Positions 15,898 through 28,307 of a stretch of 64,000 nucleotides of DNA are shown here, in pieces (the stretch's first letter is position 1; each line of letters starts with the position of its first letter). Source of the DNA: Piromyces finnis finn. Lineage: Eukaryota > Fungi > Neocallimastigomycota. Below the pieces are notes generated by a model. That model made no database searches, had not been told where the DNA came from, and worked only from the letters and a program-made list of their open reading frames with translations. A program made the translations under genes and the position numbers. Location of the stretch: NCBI GenBank assembly GCA_002104945.1, contig MCFH01000001.1:2232001-2296000 (forward strand). The letters are read 5' to 3'.

Positions 15898-17698
15898 ATT
15901 AATAATTGTTAGTATATTTAATTAATATATTAATAATTATTAAATTTAAAAATTATAAAAAGATAAACATTTACACAGCATTATATTTAATTCATATGTA
16001 TATAAATAGTTAAACAAATTATCATAATTATTTTTTTTCATTAAAATACCTTAATATCATATACTATCGATTCATAACTTATTTTTTTTTTTTTCATATT
16101 TAATACTTATTTCATATATAACATAAAAAATGAATGTATTTATTAATAAATAATAATTAATAAACAATAAACAAAAATATAAAAAATTAAATATTGTTTA
16201 TTTTTATTTTTAATTTAGTGTTTTATATTATTTTTGTAAAAATATTTTTATTTTGATGATTTTAGTGATGGTGTGATATTATTAGTAGTATTTTACTTAT
16301 TAATTTATTGAAATATTATATCTAGCAAAAAAATAGCTTTAAGTGGAGTTTAATAATATTGACTATTGGAAAAATAAAAGTAAACAATAAAAAAAATAAT
16401 TTTTCTTAAGAATATAGATTATTTTTTTATTATTTAAATAATTATTTTTTAAATTAATCACCAATTAAAAATGTTAAGATGATCTATCTATGTTAATTTG
16501 TACAGGATTTTAAAACTGATACTTTAAATTATATATATTTTAATAGAATATATTATTTTGTAAATAATATTATAGATACATTATAATTATAATAGAATGT
16601 AAATATTTGTTAATATTTTTTTTTAACAACAACAGCTATTTTAAACTACTATTATTTTAATTAAAGTTATAATACATTTGAAAGTAAATTTAAAAATATA
16701 TTTAATTAAATAAAAATGAATGAAAAATAAATAGATACATTATAGTAATTTAAATTAAAGTCAGACTTTAATATTCACTGGATTATTAGAACTTTCATTA
16801 ATTAAATTACTATTTAAACTAATAGAATTATCCAGACTTAAGGAATTATAATTATCATCTTTACTATTACCTCTTGCTAATGGGATCATTAATATTATCT
16901 TTAATGTTATTTTTATTATTACTAACACTATAATTATTGTATTATTACTATTCCTAATGTTGTTATTTTCATTGTTATTTTTTTACTTATAGTTATAGTT
17001 ATTATTATTAATGGAACTATTTGAATGATTTTTGCTAAGTAATTGAATATTTGGACTAGATAATTGTAATGTTTAATATGAATATTATTAAAATTTGGAC
17101 ATTCAGTTAGTTAATATTAATTACTTTGATTATCATTTTTGAAATATGGGTAGTAGTTAGAAACCGTATCAACTAATTTAACAGCTTTATCAATATTAGA
17201 ATCTTATTTGTTTTGCGCTATTTACCTTCAATTAACCAATGTTGACTATTTTTGTCAAAGATCCTGCAAAATACAACAAGAACAATCATTTTATATCAAA
17301 AGTATAAGCTATGCAAATATTTTTATTACTTTATACACTTTTAAAAATTTAAAATAAAATCATAATAAAATTGAATATTAATATTTTTTTTAAACACTTT
17401 TTAATGATATATTTTTTATGACATTTTTGTATTATTTTTTTTATTGCTTTAATTTTTTACACTTAAATAAATACAAAATTAGTGTAAATATAGAAAATAA
17501 TTTTTAGCGATATAAAAAAGAAAAACTTATAGTTTTTTTCTTTGATATTTACCAATATTATAATGAATATATATGTCTAATTAACTATAAATTTTTTATA
17601 TTTGTTATAACTGTTATAATAATAAATATTATATATATAAAATGCTATGATAAATATGAAAAATAAGACAAGTATAATTATAATGCTTAACAAATGTA

Positions 17699-18009
17699 TG
17701 GAAGTATAATATTATCACCCTTCTTAGCAATAGCAGCAATAGTAGTGAATTCGGCAGATTGACCACTAGCAGTAACAAGACCAGCAGCACCACCTTCTAA
17801 AGCTGCAAGTCTTTCTTCAGCAACTGCATTGGTTGGATTAGTTAATCTTGAATAAATATTTCCAACTTTCTTTAAACTAAATAAATCAGCACCATCCTTA
17901 AGATCGGTGAAAACGTATGAAGAAGTAGCGTAGATTGGAACAGCTCTTGCATGAGTAGTTGGATCAACAGTTTGACCAGCGTGGACTTGCAAAGTTTCAA
18001 AATGATATT
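17699..18009 (-). pseudogene. MET17: Truncated 5' fragment of the MET17-like gene (fifth copy)
   Basis: Matches roughly codons 5-108 ([12 protein letters not shown]...GDNII). It lacks the ATG, has several substitutions (LFSLKK, AKKGD) and a 1-bp deletion at its 3' end, then homology stops. Confidence 0.85.
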
Positions 18010-19599
18010 TTTTTTAGTATTCATAATGATAATATATATTAATTTAGTATTTTATTAGAGTTTTAAGAATTCTTTTATTATAATATCGCACTTTTGAAAT
18101 TAATTTTATTCTTTTATCTTTATTCTATTATAATTAAATAACTTCAAATATATTTCACTCTTTTTCTTTTTAAGATTTTAATAAATTTTAAATTAAAAAA
18201 ATTAAAAATGAGTTATGTTATTTATATAATCACATTATTTTTTCTTTTTTATTATAATAAATATAATATATATATATATAATAAAATGAATGTTATTACT
18301 TAATAAATTTCTTTTTTATAGATTTATTGACACATGCCTTCACATGATAATATACATGAAAAGTTCTGTTATATGCTATGCTTTACTACTTTTCTGCTGT
18401 TGTAGTTAATTTAATATTAATTTATTTATAGTTTATTTTATTAGGTCAAATCTTTTATTGTTAAAATAAAAATTTACTTTTCTTACTAATAATTTACCTC
18501 TTAATAATAAATTTTTTCTTATTAAAATTGATTTCTTTTATTAATTGTTTTTTGAGAATATTTTTAAAAATTAATATAATGTAATATATATTAATAATAT
18601 ATGAGTAATAGATAAATAATATATAAAAAACAATTATTATATTATTAAAAAATATTTGATATAAGTTTTTAAATATGAATTTGAATATTTTAAATAATAA
18701 AAATTATTTAAATATGGATAGAATAGCTATACCTATTAATTTCATTAATAAATAAATAAAAAAAAAAAACGGAAATTAAAAATCTTAAAATATATTAAAA
18801 TTATTTTTTTTTAAATTATTAATTTAAGATTATATTTAAATAATTATCCTACTGGTAAAATAATATTTTTCTTGCATTATTAATATTTATTAATATAATA
18901 TTAAGTTTCATATATTATAAATTAACAATAATAATTTCCCGCTCTTTAATAAATTTTTAATAAATAAATATTAGTCATAATTTCATAACAAAAATTCGAA
19001 AAAGAACATTTAAAATGTAATGTATATATATTAATAAGTCTTTTTATGAATGCTAATTAAAATAGAAATAAAATTCCTTTTTTTTTTTATTATTGAAAGT
19101 GATATTTTATTATTTCCTTACTATATTCTTATTTCATATTTCATAAATACTTTTTAATATTTATAAAGAAAATTAAATAATAAGTAAATGAAATTAAAAT
19201 ACAACGAAAATAATAAGCTTTATATGAATTATATACCACTTTAAATATAATAATATATATGGTAATGAAAATTATCTCAACAACAATTGCTAATTAATTT
19301 AATAATTAAACTAGATAATTTATTAAATAATCAATTTTATATAAATCATTTTACTAATAATTAATAAATAAAGTTAAATAATTGATTAAATTTTAATTAA
19401 AAATTTAAAAATGTTTCACAAAAATGATAAAACATATATTTTTTAAAGTTACAGCGATAAAAAATAGGATAAAATATTTTATATAAATAGTTAAAAAATG
19501 AAGTATGTATTTTTTTGGACTATTTTATCAAAAATTTTATTTTGAAAATAAGTATTTAAATTTTACATATAGCAATAAATTAATTAAACAAATATTACA

Positions 19600-21104
19600 A
19601 TGGTATCTAAAATATTAATTAATGCAATATTTGCATTATTAATTCAATGCATATATGCATTTTCACAAAGTAATCTTCCAAATGGATCTATTATAGTTGC
19701 AAAGGATGGTTCTGGAAATTATAATACTGTAATATAAAAGATTAATAAGTGAAAATAATATATATTAATAAAATGATAAACTAAATTTTAAAATTAAACA
19801 TTTCTTTATAGATTCAAGCGGCCATAAATGCTTTATCTAATTCAGCATCTTCTGAACGTATTATTTTTATAAAGAGTGGAACATATAATGAGCAGGTATC
19901 GATTAAGAAACATTTTGTTACTTTGATTGGTGAAAATAAAGACAAAGTTATTATAACTTATGATTTAAATAATGCCAAAACCGGTAGTAGCGCTGAATGT
20001 GCTACAGTTAAAGTTCAAGCTAATAATTTCAAAGCATTTGATATAACATTCCAAAACACTGCACCATTCCCAGGAAATAATGCTCAAGCTCCAGCTTTTT
20101 ATTCATTAGGTAATCAACATTTTTTTCAAAATTGTAATTTCTTAAGTTACCAAGATACACTTCTTTCATATCAAGGTACTCAGTATTTCAAAAAATGCTA
20201 TATTCGTGGTGTTACTGATTTCATTTGGGGTTTTGGTCGTGCAGTTTTTGATGGTTGTATTATTCATGCCGTTAATAAGGGTAGCAAAGATGCTTATCTT
20301 ACTGCTAATGTAATTAATAATATATATAGTTATTCATCAATTATTATTTTAATTCAAATCTTATATATATTTTTAATTATTTATTATAAAATATATTAAT
20401 TTATTTAGGGTAATGAAGATGGAAACTTTAAAGATGGTGGTTTCTTAATTATTAATTCAACCGTTAAAGTTGATAGCGGAATTAATTATTATTTAGGTCG
20501 ATTATGGAAAAAGAATTGCTATGTTATTTTTGCTAATACTGAACTTCCAGGATCGCAATTAAAAAAAGAAGGTTGGTTAACATTTAAGGGCTATGAAAAT
20601 TATTCATCAACTTCAAAAGTTGGTGAGTATCAATGCTTTGGTAGTAATTATTCCACTATTGGACGTGTTCCATATGCTAAAAACTTCTCAATTGTTCCAA
20701 GTATTTCTGATTTTCTTGGAGGAAATATTTCATATGCTTCAGATAGTGCATACTTTAATAATAACTCATATGCAGTTTCCCCAAATAATATTAATACTAA
20801 TAACATCAACACAAATGTTAACACAAATACTAACACTAATAATAATTCAAACAATAATTATATTTCCAATAATAATGCTGGTAATAATTCTAATTGTAAT
20901 TCTTTAGTAAGTATATAAAAAAGTTATTTTCTATGATCATAAAAAATAAATATTAATTACTTTTTTTTTTTTTTTAATAATTAATTTATTTTTATAAATA
21001 AAAAGTATTCTCAATGTGGTGGTATTAATTTTAATGGTGCTAAATGCTGTCAACAAGGTACATGCAAATATATCAATGATTGGTATTCCCAGTGTTCATT
21101 GTAA
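19600..21104 (+). CDS. Secreted pectin methylesterase (CE8) with C-terminal CBM1; 4 exons (19600-19728, 19812-20309, 20409-20906, 21006-21104)
   Basis: Signal peptide, [41 protein letters not shown] (CE8 motifs), Asn-rich linker, CBM1 [34 protein letters not shown]. All three introns are phase 0 GT-AG and restore the frame. Confidence 0.85.
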
Positions 21105-21235
21105 ATTTAATAATATATATATCATATATATTAAATACAATAATTTAACATGTTAATAATTTTTAATGTGTAAATAATAAACATTTATAAAATATGTAAT
21201 TATTAGAATAGTACTAATGAATAAAAATAAAATAA

Positions 21236-21278
<43 letters not shown>

Positions 21279-21460
21279 ATATATGTATTTTTAAGAATGA
21301 AAATTAAATATTTTATTTTTATTAAGATTAGATGTTATAATTTAAATAATATATATATGTATTTAATAAAATTTTATTATTATTAATGTTGTGTAATTTT
21401 CTTAAAAATCTAAAATTTTTATAAATATATAATAAATGATATAATCTTCATATGTAATTT

Positions 21461-22885
21461 TTACTGCAGTGATGGGTGTTCTGCTCCATTATTAATTAAA
21501 CATTTTAATATTTTTTTGTTTAATATTTCAAAAGCATAATCTAATGGTAATTTATTTTTAATATCTCTTTTATTGACATTAGAACCATGTTCAATTAAAT
21601 ATCTTACTATATCTTCATTTTCATACATAATAGCAAAGATTAATGGAGTTTTACCACTTTTTCCTCCACTTTTATTAATATCTGCACCATTTTCAACTAA
21701 ATATTGAATAACTGATTTTCTATAATCTTCAATATTTTCAGTATCAAACATTTTCAAGGCACACAATAGTGGTGTTATTCCATTTTTATTTTTTTTATTT
21801 GTATCAGCATAATGCTTTACTAAATACTTCACCAGTTCTAAATTCTTTTTCTTTATTACATAGTTCAGAAAAGTTTCTCCTTTGCTATTTGTTATGTTAA
21901 TATTTACACCTTGATCAATTAAATATTTCAATATATTATTACTATTAGTGTTAGCAAGATCATATAAAATTTCATTTTGTTGACTATTAACCACATCGAT
22001 TTTTGAACCATTTTCAACCAAATATTCAACTAAATCATTATCTCTTTTTTCTAATGCCAATATTAATGGGGTTTTACCATCACTAAATTTTTCATTAACC
22101 CTCAATCCATTTTTAATAATATACATTATTATATGTTTCTTATAATGTAACTTATTTATAGCATACTCAAATGGTGATATATTATATTTATTCCGTTGAT
22201 TAATATTAGCTCCATGATCAATTAACCATTTTACAATATCCTCTTTGTCATATTTTATAGCATAAATTAAGGGTGTTTTACCATATTGATCTTCATGATT
22301 AATATTCGAACCCATTTCCTTAAAATAATTTAGGATATCTATATTTCCTCCTTCGATAATAGCATCAATGAATGGTGTTTTTCCTTTATTATCATGTTTA
22401 TTAATATCAATACCCAGTTGATTTAAATATTTAATTAAACTTAAATTTTTTTTTGTAATTGAAGATTTTAGAATTGAATTACTACCATTCACATCAAAAT
22501 ATTGATATTCAGCACCGCCTTTTTCAATTAAATATTCAATTATTTTTTTTGCTTTTTCTTTATTCTTTACTATGTTTATAGTATATAGAATATAATGATT
22601 ATTTTTTATTTTTTTATCTTTAAATATTTTTTTATTAATATCAGCACCATTTTCTATTAAATAACTTACTATATAATCATTTTCACTTTCAATGGCATAA
22701 TCTATTAACGATTTTCCTTCCTCATTTTTTTGATTTATATCAAAATTATTATTAAGTAAAACGTCTCTAAATGAAATTTCACTTAATTTTAATAAACTTT
22801 TGTATTCGGTAAAATCTATTTTAAGATTATTCATATTGTAATTCATTACACTTTCTCCTTTATCATTTTCATTCATTTTTAACAT
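21461..22885 (-). CDS. Ankyrin-repeat protein (474 aa, intronless)
   Basis: About 10 repeats of G(K/I)TPLxxA...V(K/E)YL(I/V)ExGA(D/N)IN. Confidence 0.85.
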   Translation of the reverse strand: MLKMNENDKGESVMNYNMNNLKIDFTEYKSLLKLSEISFRDVLLNNNFDINQKNEEGKSLIDYAIESENDYIVSYLIENGADINKKIFKDKKIKNNHYILYTINIVKNKEKAKKIIEYLIEKGGAEYQYFDVNGSNSILKSSITKKNLSLIKYLNQLGIDINKHDNKGKTPFIDAIIEGGNIDILNYFKEMGSNINHEDQYGKTPLIYAIKYDKEDIVKWLIDHGANINQRNKYNISPFEYAINKLHYKKHIIMYIIKNGLRVNEKFSDGKTPLILALEKRDNDLVEYLVENGSKIDVVNSQQNEILYDLANTNSNNILKYLIDQGVNINITNSKGETFLNYVIKKKNLELVKYLVKHYADTNKKNKNGITPLLCALKMFDTENIEDYRKSVIQYLVENGADINKSGGKSGKTPLIFAIMYENEDIVRYLIEHGSNVNKRDIKNKLPLDYAFEILNKKILKCLINNGAEHPSLQ

Positions 22886-24025
22886 CTATCATCTAAATAT
22901 AAAAGCTGGCTTTGACGTGACAATTTAAAATAAATTTTATTATTTGTTTATTTTTTTTATATTATGCTTTTTTAAAAAAAAAAAATAATTCTACTTTTAC
23001 GATTAATTTTGATTCTCTTGCTTTTACTATATTTCAATTATCTTAAAATAGAAAAAAATATATATATATTAATTTAGTCAATGTGGCTGGATATTTTAAT
23101 ATGTATATTAGTTTTACAGATATTTTTATGTATTTTTAATTAATAATGGCTTTTAAATACATATTTACATTTCTACAAATAAATTATCACTACTTTTTTT
23201 TTATATTATTTAATATATTTATTTATTGAATTTATAAGATTTTAACAAATATAGTTATTAGTAAAATATTTATTTTGATATTTATTATCAAAAAATAGTC
23301 TTATTTTTATATTCCAAAACAATTCATTTATTACTAAAATTAAACAATTCATTTATTACTAAAATTAATTTTAAGTAGCTGTTATTTCTAAGCATTTATA
23401 TTTATTCTATTTATATCAAATTTTTTTATTTGCTTTCTGTTAACTTTTTATTTGAAAAGATAATTCTTCATACACACATTGAATCTATTTAATAAATATA
23501 TAGTTGCGGCTTCTCTTACTAATTTAGATTATTTGCCGTTAAAATAATAAATTACTTTATTTTTTAATTTATTTATATAATCAAAATCTAGAAATGATTG
23601 GTCCTAATACAATAATGGTAATAATATTTTTTTTTTCTCTAAATAAAAAATACCTACTTCATTATTTCATATTACATATAAATTGTCTGATTTCTATATA
23701 TTAGTAAAATAATTTAATAATTAACTAATTTTTTTTAATTTAAAATTAATATAAAAAAAGTTTTTTTTATATAATATTTTATTTATAATTTATAATTTTT
23801 ATAAAAGTTAAATATTGAATTAACATATATAAATATTAAATTCCTTTATTTTTATTCCATTTTATTTTTAAACCATAATTATTATTTATTATCTATTATT
23901 TTTGTTATTATATAATTAAATTAAATCTATTCTTTTTTAGGTTATTTTTGTAATATATATCTAAATTTATTTATTTTGTAATATTTCGTTATATATATAA
24001 ATTCAATAATAAAAGAAAATATAAT

Positions 24026-25603
24026 ATGAAATTATTTTTAATAACAGTATTAGCATTAGTAATTCAAATTATTAATGCTTTTCCACAAAGTCAACTTTCA
24101 GGAAATGAAATTGTTGTAGCAAAAGATGGTTCAGGAAAATTTAATTCAATTCAAGCTGCAGTTAATTCATTACCACAATCAGCTAATTCAGAAAGAGTAA
24201 TTTATATTAAAAATGGTACATACAGAGAACAAGTCTCAATTCAAAAAGACTTTGTTACTTTAATTGGTGAAAATAAAGATAAAGTTATTATTACTTATGA
24301 CTTAAATAATGCTAAAACTGGAAGTAGTTCTGAATGTGCTACTGTTAAAGCAAAATGTAGTAATTTCAAAGCTTTCGACATTACTTTTGAAAATACTGCT
24401 CCATTCCCAGGTGATAATGCTCAAGCTCCAGCTTTTTATTCATATGGTAACAAACATTATATCGAAAATTGTAATTTCTTGAGTTACCAAGATACTTTAC
24501 TTTCATATCATGGAACTCAATATTTCAAGAATTGTTATATTCGTGGTTTAACTGATTTCATTTGGGGTTTTGGTCGTGCGGTATTTGATGATTGTAAACT
24601 TCATGTTGTTTCAAAAGGAGGAAAGAATACAGGTTATTTAACAGCTAATGGTAATGAAGATGGAAATTTCAAAGAAGGAGGTTTTCTTATTACTAATTCA
24701 AAAGTCACTTCTGATGGTGCTAAGTTCTATCTTGGTCGTTTATGGAAAAAGAATTGTTATGTTATTTTTGATAAAACAGAATTTCCAGGAGATAAAATTG
24801 TAAAAGAAGGTTGGTTAACTTTCAGTGGATATGATAATTATAAAAGCACTTCAAAGGTTGGTGAATATCAATGTAAAGGTAATAATTATAATACAAATGG
24901 TCGTGTTTCATGGTCTACTAAATTTAATAGTGCTCCATCAATTTCAGAATTCCTTGGTGGTGATCTTTCATTTGTTTCAAATACTGTTTACAAAGGTTCA
25001 TCTAATAATAACTCAATTCCAAACACTCAAACAACAACTCAAAACCCAGTTCAAAACCCAGTACCACAAACACCAGCTCAAAATCCAATTCCCCAGCAAC
25101 CAACAATTCAAAACCCAATACAGGAAACTCCAACTCAAAACTCAAATAATAATAATGGCTTTAATTTCGATTGGAGTAATTGGAATTGGAATAATTGGGG
25201 CAATAGCAATAACGGAAATACCAATAATAACTGGAATACTAATACAAATAATAATAACTGGTGGGGAAATAATAACTGGTGGAATAATTGGAATGCACCA
25301 GCTAATAGTGCAGCTCAACCTCAAGCACCAACAAATAATATGTGGGGAAATTGGGGTAATTGGAATATTTGGAAACGTAGCAACAAAAAATTAGAAGAAA
25401 AACTAATTGAAGAAGTAAAAAAGAATAAAATTGAAGAAAAACCAATTGAAATTCCAAAGAAAAGTAATAATAGTAATGAAAAAATTAAAAGAGAGTGTGT
25501 ACCATTAAATTCTCAATGTGGAGGTAATGGTTATATGGGAATTACTTGTTGTCAACAAGGAACATGTACCATTATTAATGAATGGTACTCAAAGTGTATA
25601 TAA
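24026..25603 (+). CDS. Secreted pectin methylesterase (CE8)-CBM1, intronless (525 aa)
   Basis: Signal peptide, VVAKDGSGKFNSIQAAV, YQDTL, GLTDFIWG, YLGRLW, then Q/P-rich and N/W-rich linkers. CBM1 CVPLNSQCGGNGYMGITCCQQGTCTIINEWYSKC. Confidence 0.9.
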   Translation: MKLFLITVLALVIQIINAFPQSQLSGNEIVVAKDGSGKFNSIQAAVNSLPQSANSERVIYIKNGTYREQVSIQKDFVTLIGENKDKVIITYDLNNAKTGSSSECATVKAKCSNFKAFDITFENTAPFPGDNAQAPAFYSYGNKHYIENCNFLSYQDTLLSYHGTQYFKNCYIRGLTDFIWGFGRAVFDDCKLHVVSKGGKNTGYLTANGNEDGNFKEGGFLITNSKVTSDGAKFYLGRLWKKNCYVIFDKTEFPGDKIVKEGWLTFSGYDNYKSTSKVGEYQCKGNNYNTNGRVSWSTKFNSAPSISEFLGGDLSFVSNTVYKGSSNNNSIPNTQTTTQNPVQNPVPQTPAQNPIPQQPTIQNPIQETPTQNSNNNNGFNFDWSNWNWNNWGNSNNGNTNNNWNTNTNNNNWWGNNNWWNNWNAPANSAAQPQAPTNNMWGNWGNWNIWKRSNKKLEEKLIEEVKKNKIEEKPIEIPKKSNNSNEKIKRECVPLNSQCGGNGYMGITCCQQGTCTIINEWYSKCI

Positions 25604-26815
25604 ATAGTATAATCATTAATATTTCAAGAATTATATATTTTAATAATCACATTTCAATTTTTATTTAATCAGTTTATATATAACTACTAAATTTTTTAAA
25701 AACATTTATCTGTATAAAAATAAATTATAGTAAATAAAATTATCTAAAAAAAAATAAATGTAGTACAATAGTACAATATTGTTATTTATTATATATAATT
25801 TAATAAGATTTTTAATATAAATTGAAACTTAATTGTATGAAGATTTACAATAAAATTCTTTTTTAATATTATTTATTATTTTTTAATTTTCTGTAATACT
25901 AAAGAATATAATTATACAAAATTAATTTTTTTAAATTAAAAACAAAGGACGACTGAAACCAACTTTAAAAGTGAAACATAAACATTAGAAATAAAGCAAT
26001 TCATAAAATTAAAATATATATATTATTTACTATTTAAAAGATTAAATAAAGTAATATTATTATTATTAAAATAAAATGTATTAGCATTTTTATTTTATAA
26101 AAAAATTATAATATATGCTTTTAAAAAATTATTATTCCTACCCCTGATTTATACATTATAATTTAAGAAATTATGATTTTCTTAAATTCTTTATGGTTTT
26201 TTAGTTTCTTAGTAAAGTTTAATATCTTTTTTATTTCCCTTTAAATAAATAATTAGTATTACTACATAATACACAATATAATATAATAAATTACATAAAT
26301 TACTTTATCATCATTAATTAAAATAAAATTATATAAAGTATTTTTATCACACTATAATTATTAACAATTAATTTGTATAATGTTTACAAATTGGAATTTA
26401 AATGCTAAAGTTTATTCATTAATAAAAATTATTTTGAAAGTTTATTATTTATTAGAATCAATTATGATATTAAAAATTAATTAAAATTAATATAAAGAAT
26501 TTTTTATATTGTAATTATTATAAATAAAATTTGTTTTTTTTTATAATAATATTAAATATTTTATCATTTTATTTGATAAAAATAATAAAATTATTGTTAA
26601 GGTAATGACTAAATTTTTTAAAATATGTGGTGGTGTGGTTATATTATTATTATTTTCATATATAATATATTTGTATTTTAATATTATGTAAAATGTTTTA
26701 ATGTATTATTGAATAGAATATATAATTTAAATTTAAATTTTTTTTTTTACATACTTTAAATTATTTATTTTTATTTAGATTGTTATTTTTTATGTTAGAT
26801 ATATTATAATCTAAA

Positions 26816-28307
26816 ATGAAAGTCTATTCATTATTTATTATATCAATAATTAGCGTAATACAAGGTATATTAGCATTTTCACAAAGTAAACTTCCAAGTA
26901 ACGCAATTATTGTCGCAAAAGATGGATCTGGTAAATATAATACTGTAAGTAAAATAATAATGATATATTATCAATTAGTATTTAAACTATATTTAAAATG
27001 GAAATTAACATAAATTTATAAAAAAAAAATAATTTAAAATTGATTTTTATTTTATTAATTTAATTATAATATACTATATATATTTCTAATCATTAAACTA
27101 ATTAATTAATTAAAAAAAAAAAAAGATTCAAGCTGCAGTTAATTCTTTATCAAAATCAGCTAATTCAGAAAGAGTAATTTATATTAAAAATGGTACATAC
27201 AGAGAACAAGTCTCAATTCAAAAAGACTTTGTTACTTTAATTGGTGAAAATAAAGATAAAGTTATTATTACTTATGACTTAAATAATGCTAAAACTGGAA
27301 GTAGTTCTGAATGTGCTACTGTTAAAGCAAAATGTAGTAATTTCAAAGCTTTCGACATTACTTTTGAAAATACTGCTCCATTCCCAGGTGATAATGCTCA
27401 AGCTCCAGCTTTTTATTCATATGGTAACAAACATTATATCGAAAATTGTAATTTCTTGAGTTACCAAGATACTTTACTTTCATATCATGGAACTCAATAT
27501 TTCAAGAATTGTTATATTCGTGGTTTAACTGATTTCATTTGGGGTTTTGGTCGTGCGGTATTTGATGATTGTAAACTTCATGTTGTTTCAAAAGGAGGAA
27601 AGAATACAGGTTATTTAACAGCTAATGGTAATGAAGATGGAAATTTCAAAGAAGGAGGTTTTCTTATTACTAATTCAAAAGTCACTTCTGATGGTGCTAA
27701 GTTCTATCTTGGTCGTTTATGGAAAAAGAATTGTTATGTTATTTTTGATAAAACAGAATTTCCAGGAGATAAAATTGTAAAAGAAGGTTGGTTAACTTTC
27801 AGTGGATATGATAATTATAAAAGCACTTCAAAGGTTGGTGAATATCAATGTAAAGGTAGTAATTATAATACAAATGGTCGTGTTTCATGGTCTACTAAAT
27901 TTAATAGTGCACCATCAATTTCAAGTTTCCTTGGTGGCGATCTTTCATTTGTTTCTAATACAGTTTACAAACAACAAAACAATAACAATACCAACAATAA
28001 AACAGTTGTAAAAACTACAACAACAACTAAGCAAAGTGCTCCAACTAATAACAATAATAATAATAACAATGCTTGGAATAATTGGGACTGGAATAACTGG
28101 AATTGGTGGGGTCAACCTAATAACAATAATAATGTTAATAACAACAATAACAACAATAATAACAGCAGTAGTAATAATAGTAGTAGTAATAACAATGGTT
28201 GTAATCCATTATACTATCAATGTGGCGGTAAAGGATTTAAAGGATCTTCCTGTTGTAAACAAGGAAGCTGTAAAAAAATAAATGATTATTTCTCAATGTG
28301 CTCATAA
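26816..28307 (+). CDS. Secreted pectin methylesterase (CE8)-CBM1, 2 exons (26816-26944, 27126-28307)
   Basis: Exon 1 encodes the signal peptide and [12 protein letters not shown], then a phase-0 intron. Exon 2 is near-identical to the 24026 gene across the catalytic domain. CBM1 CNPLYYQCGGKGFKGSSCCKQGSCKKINDYFSMC. Confidence 0.88.
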
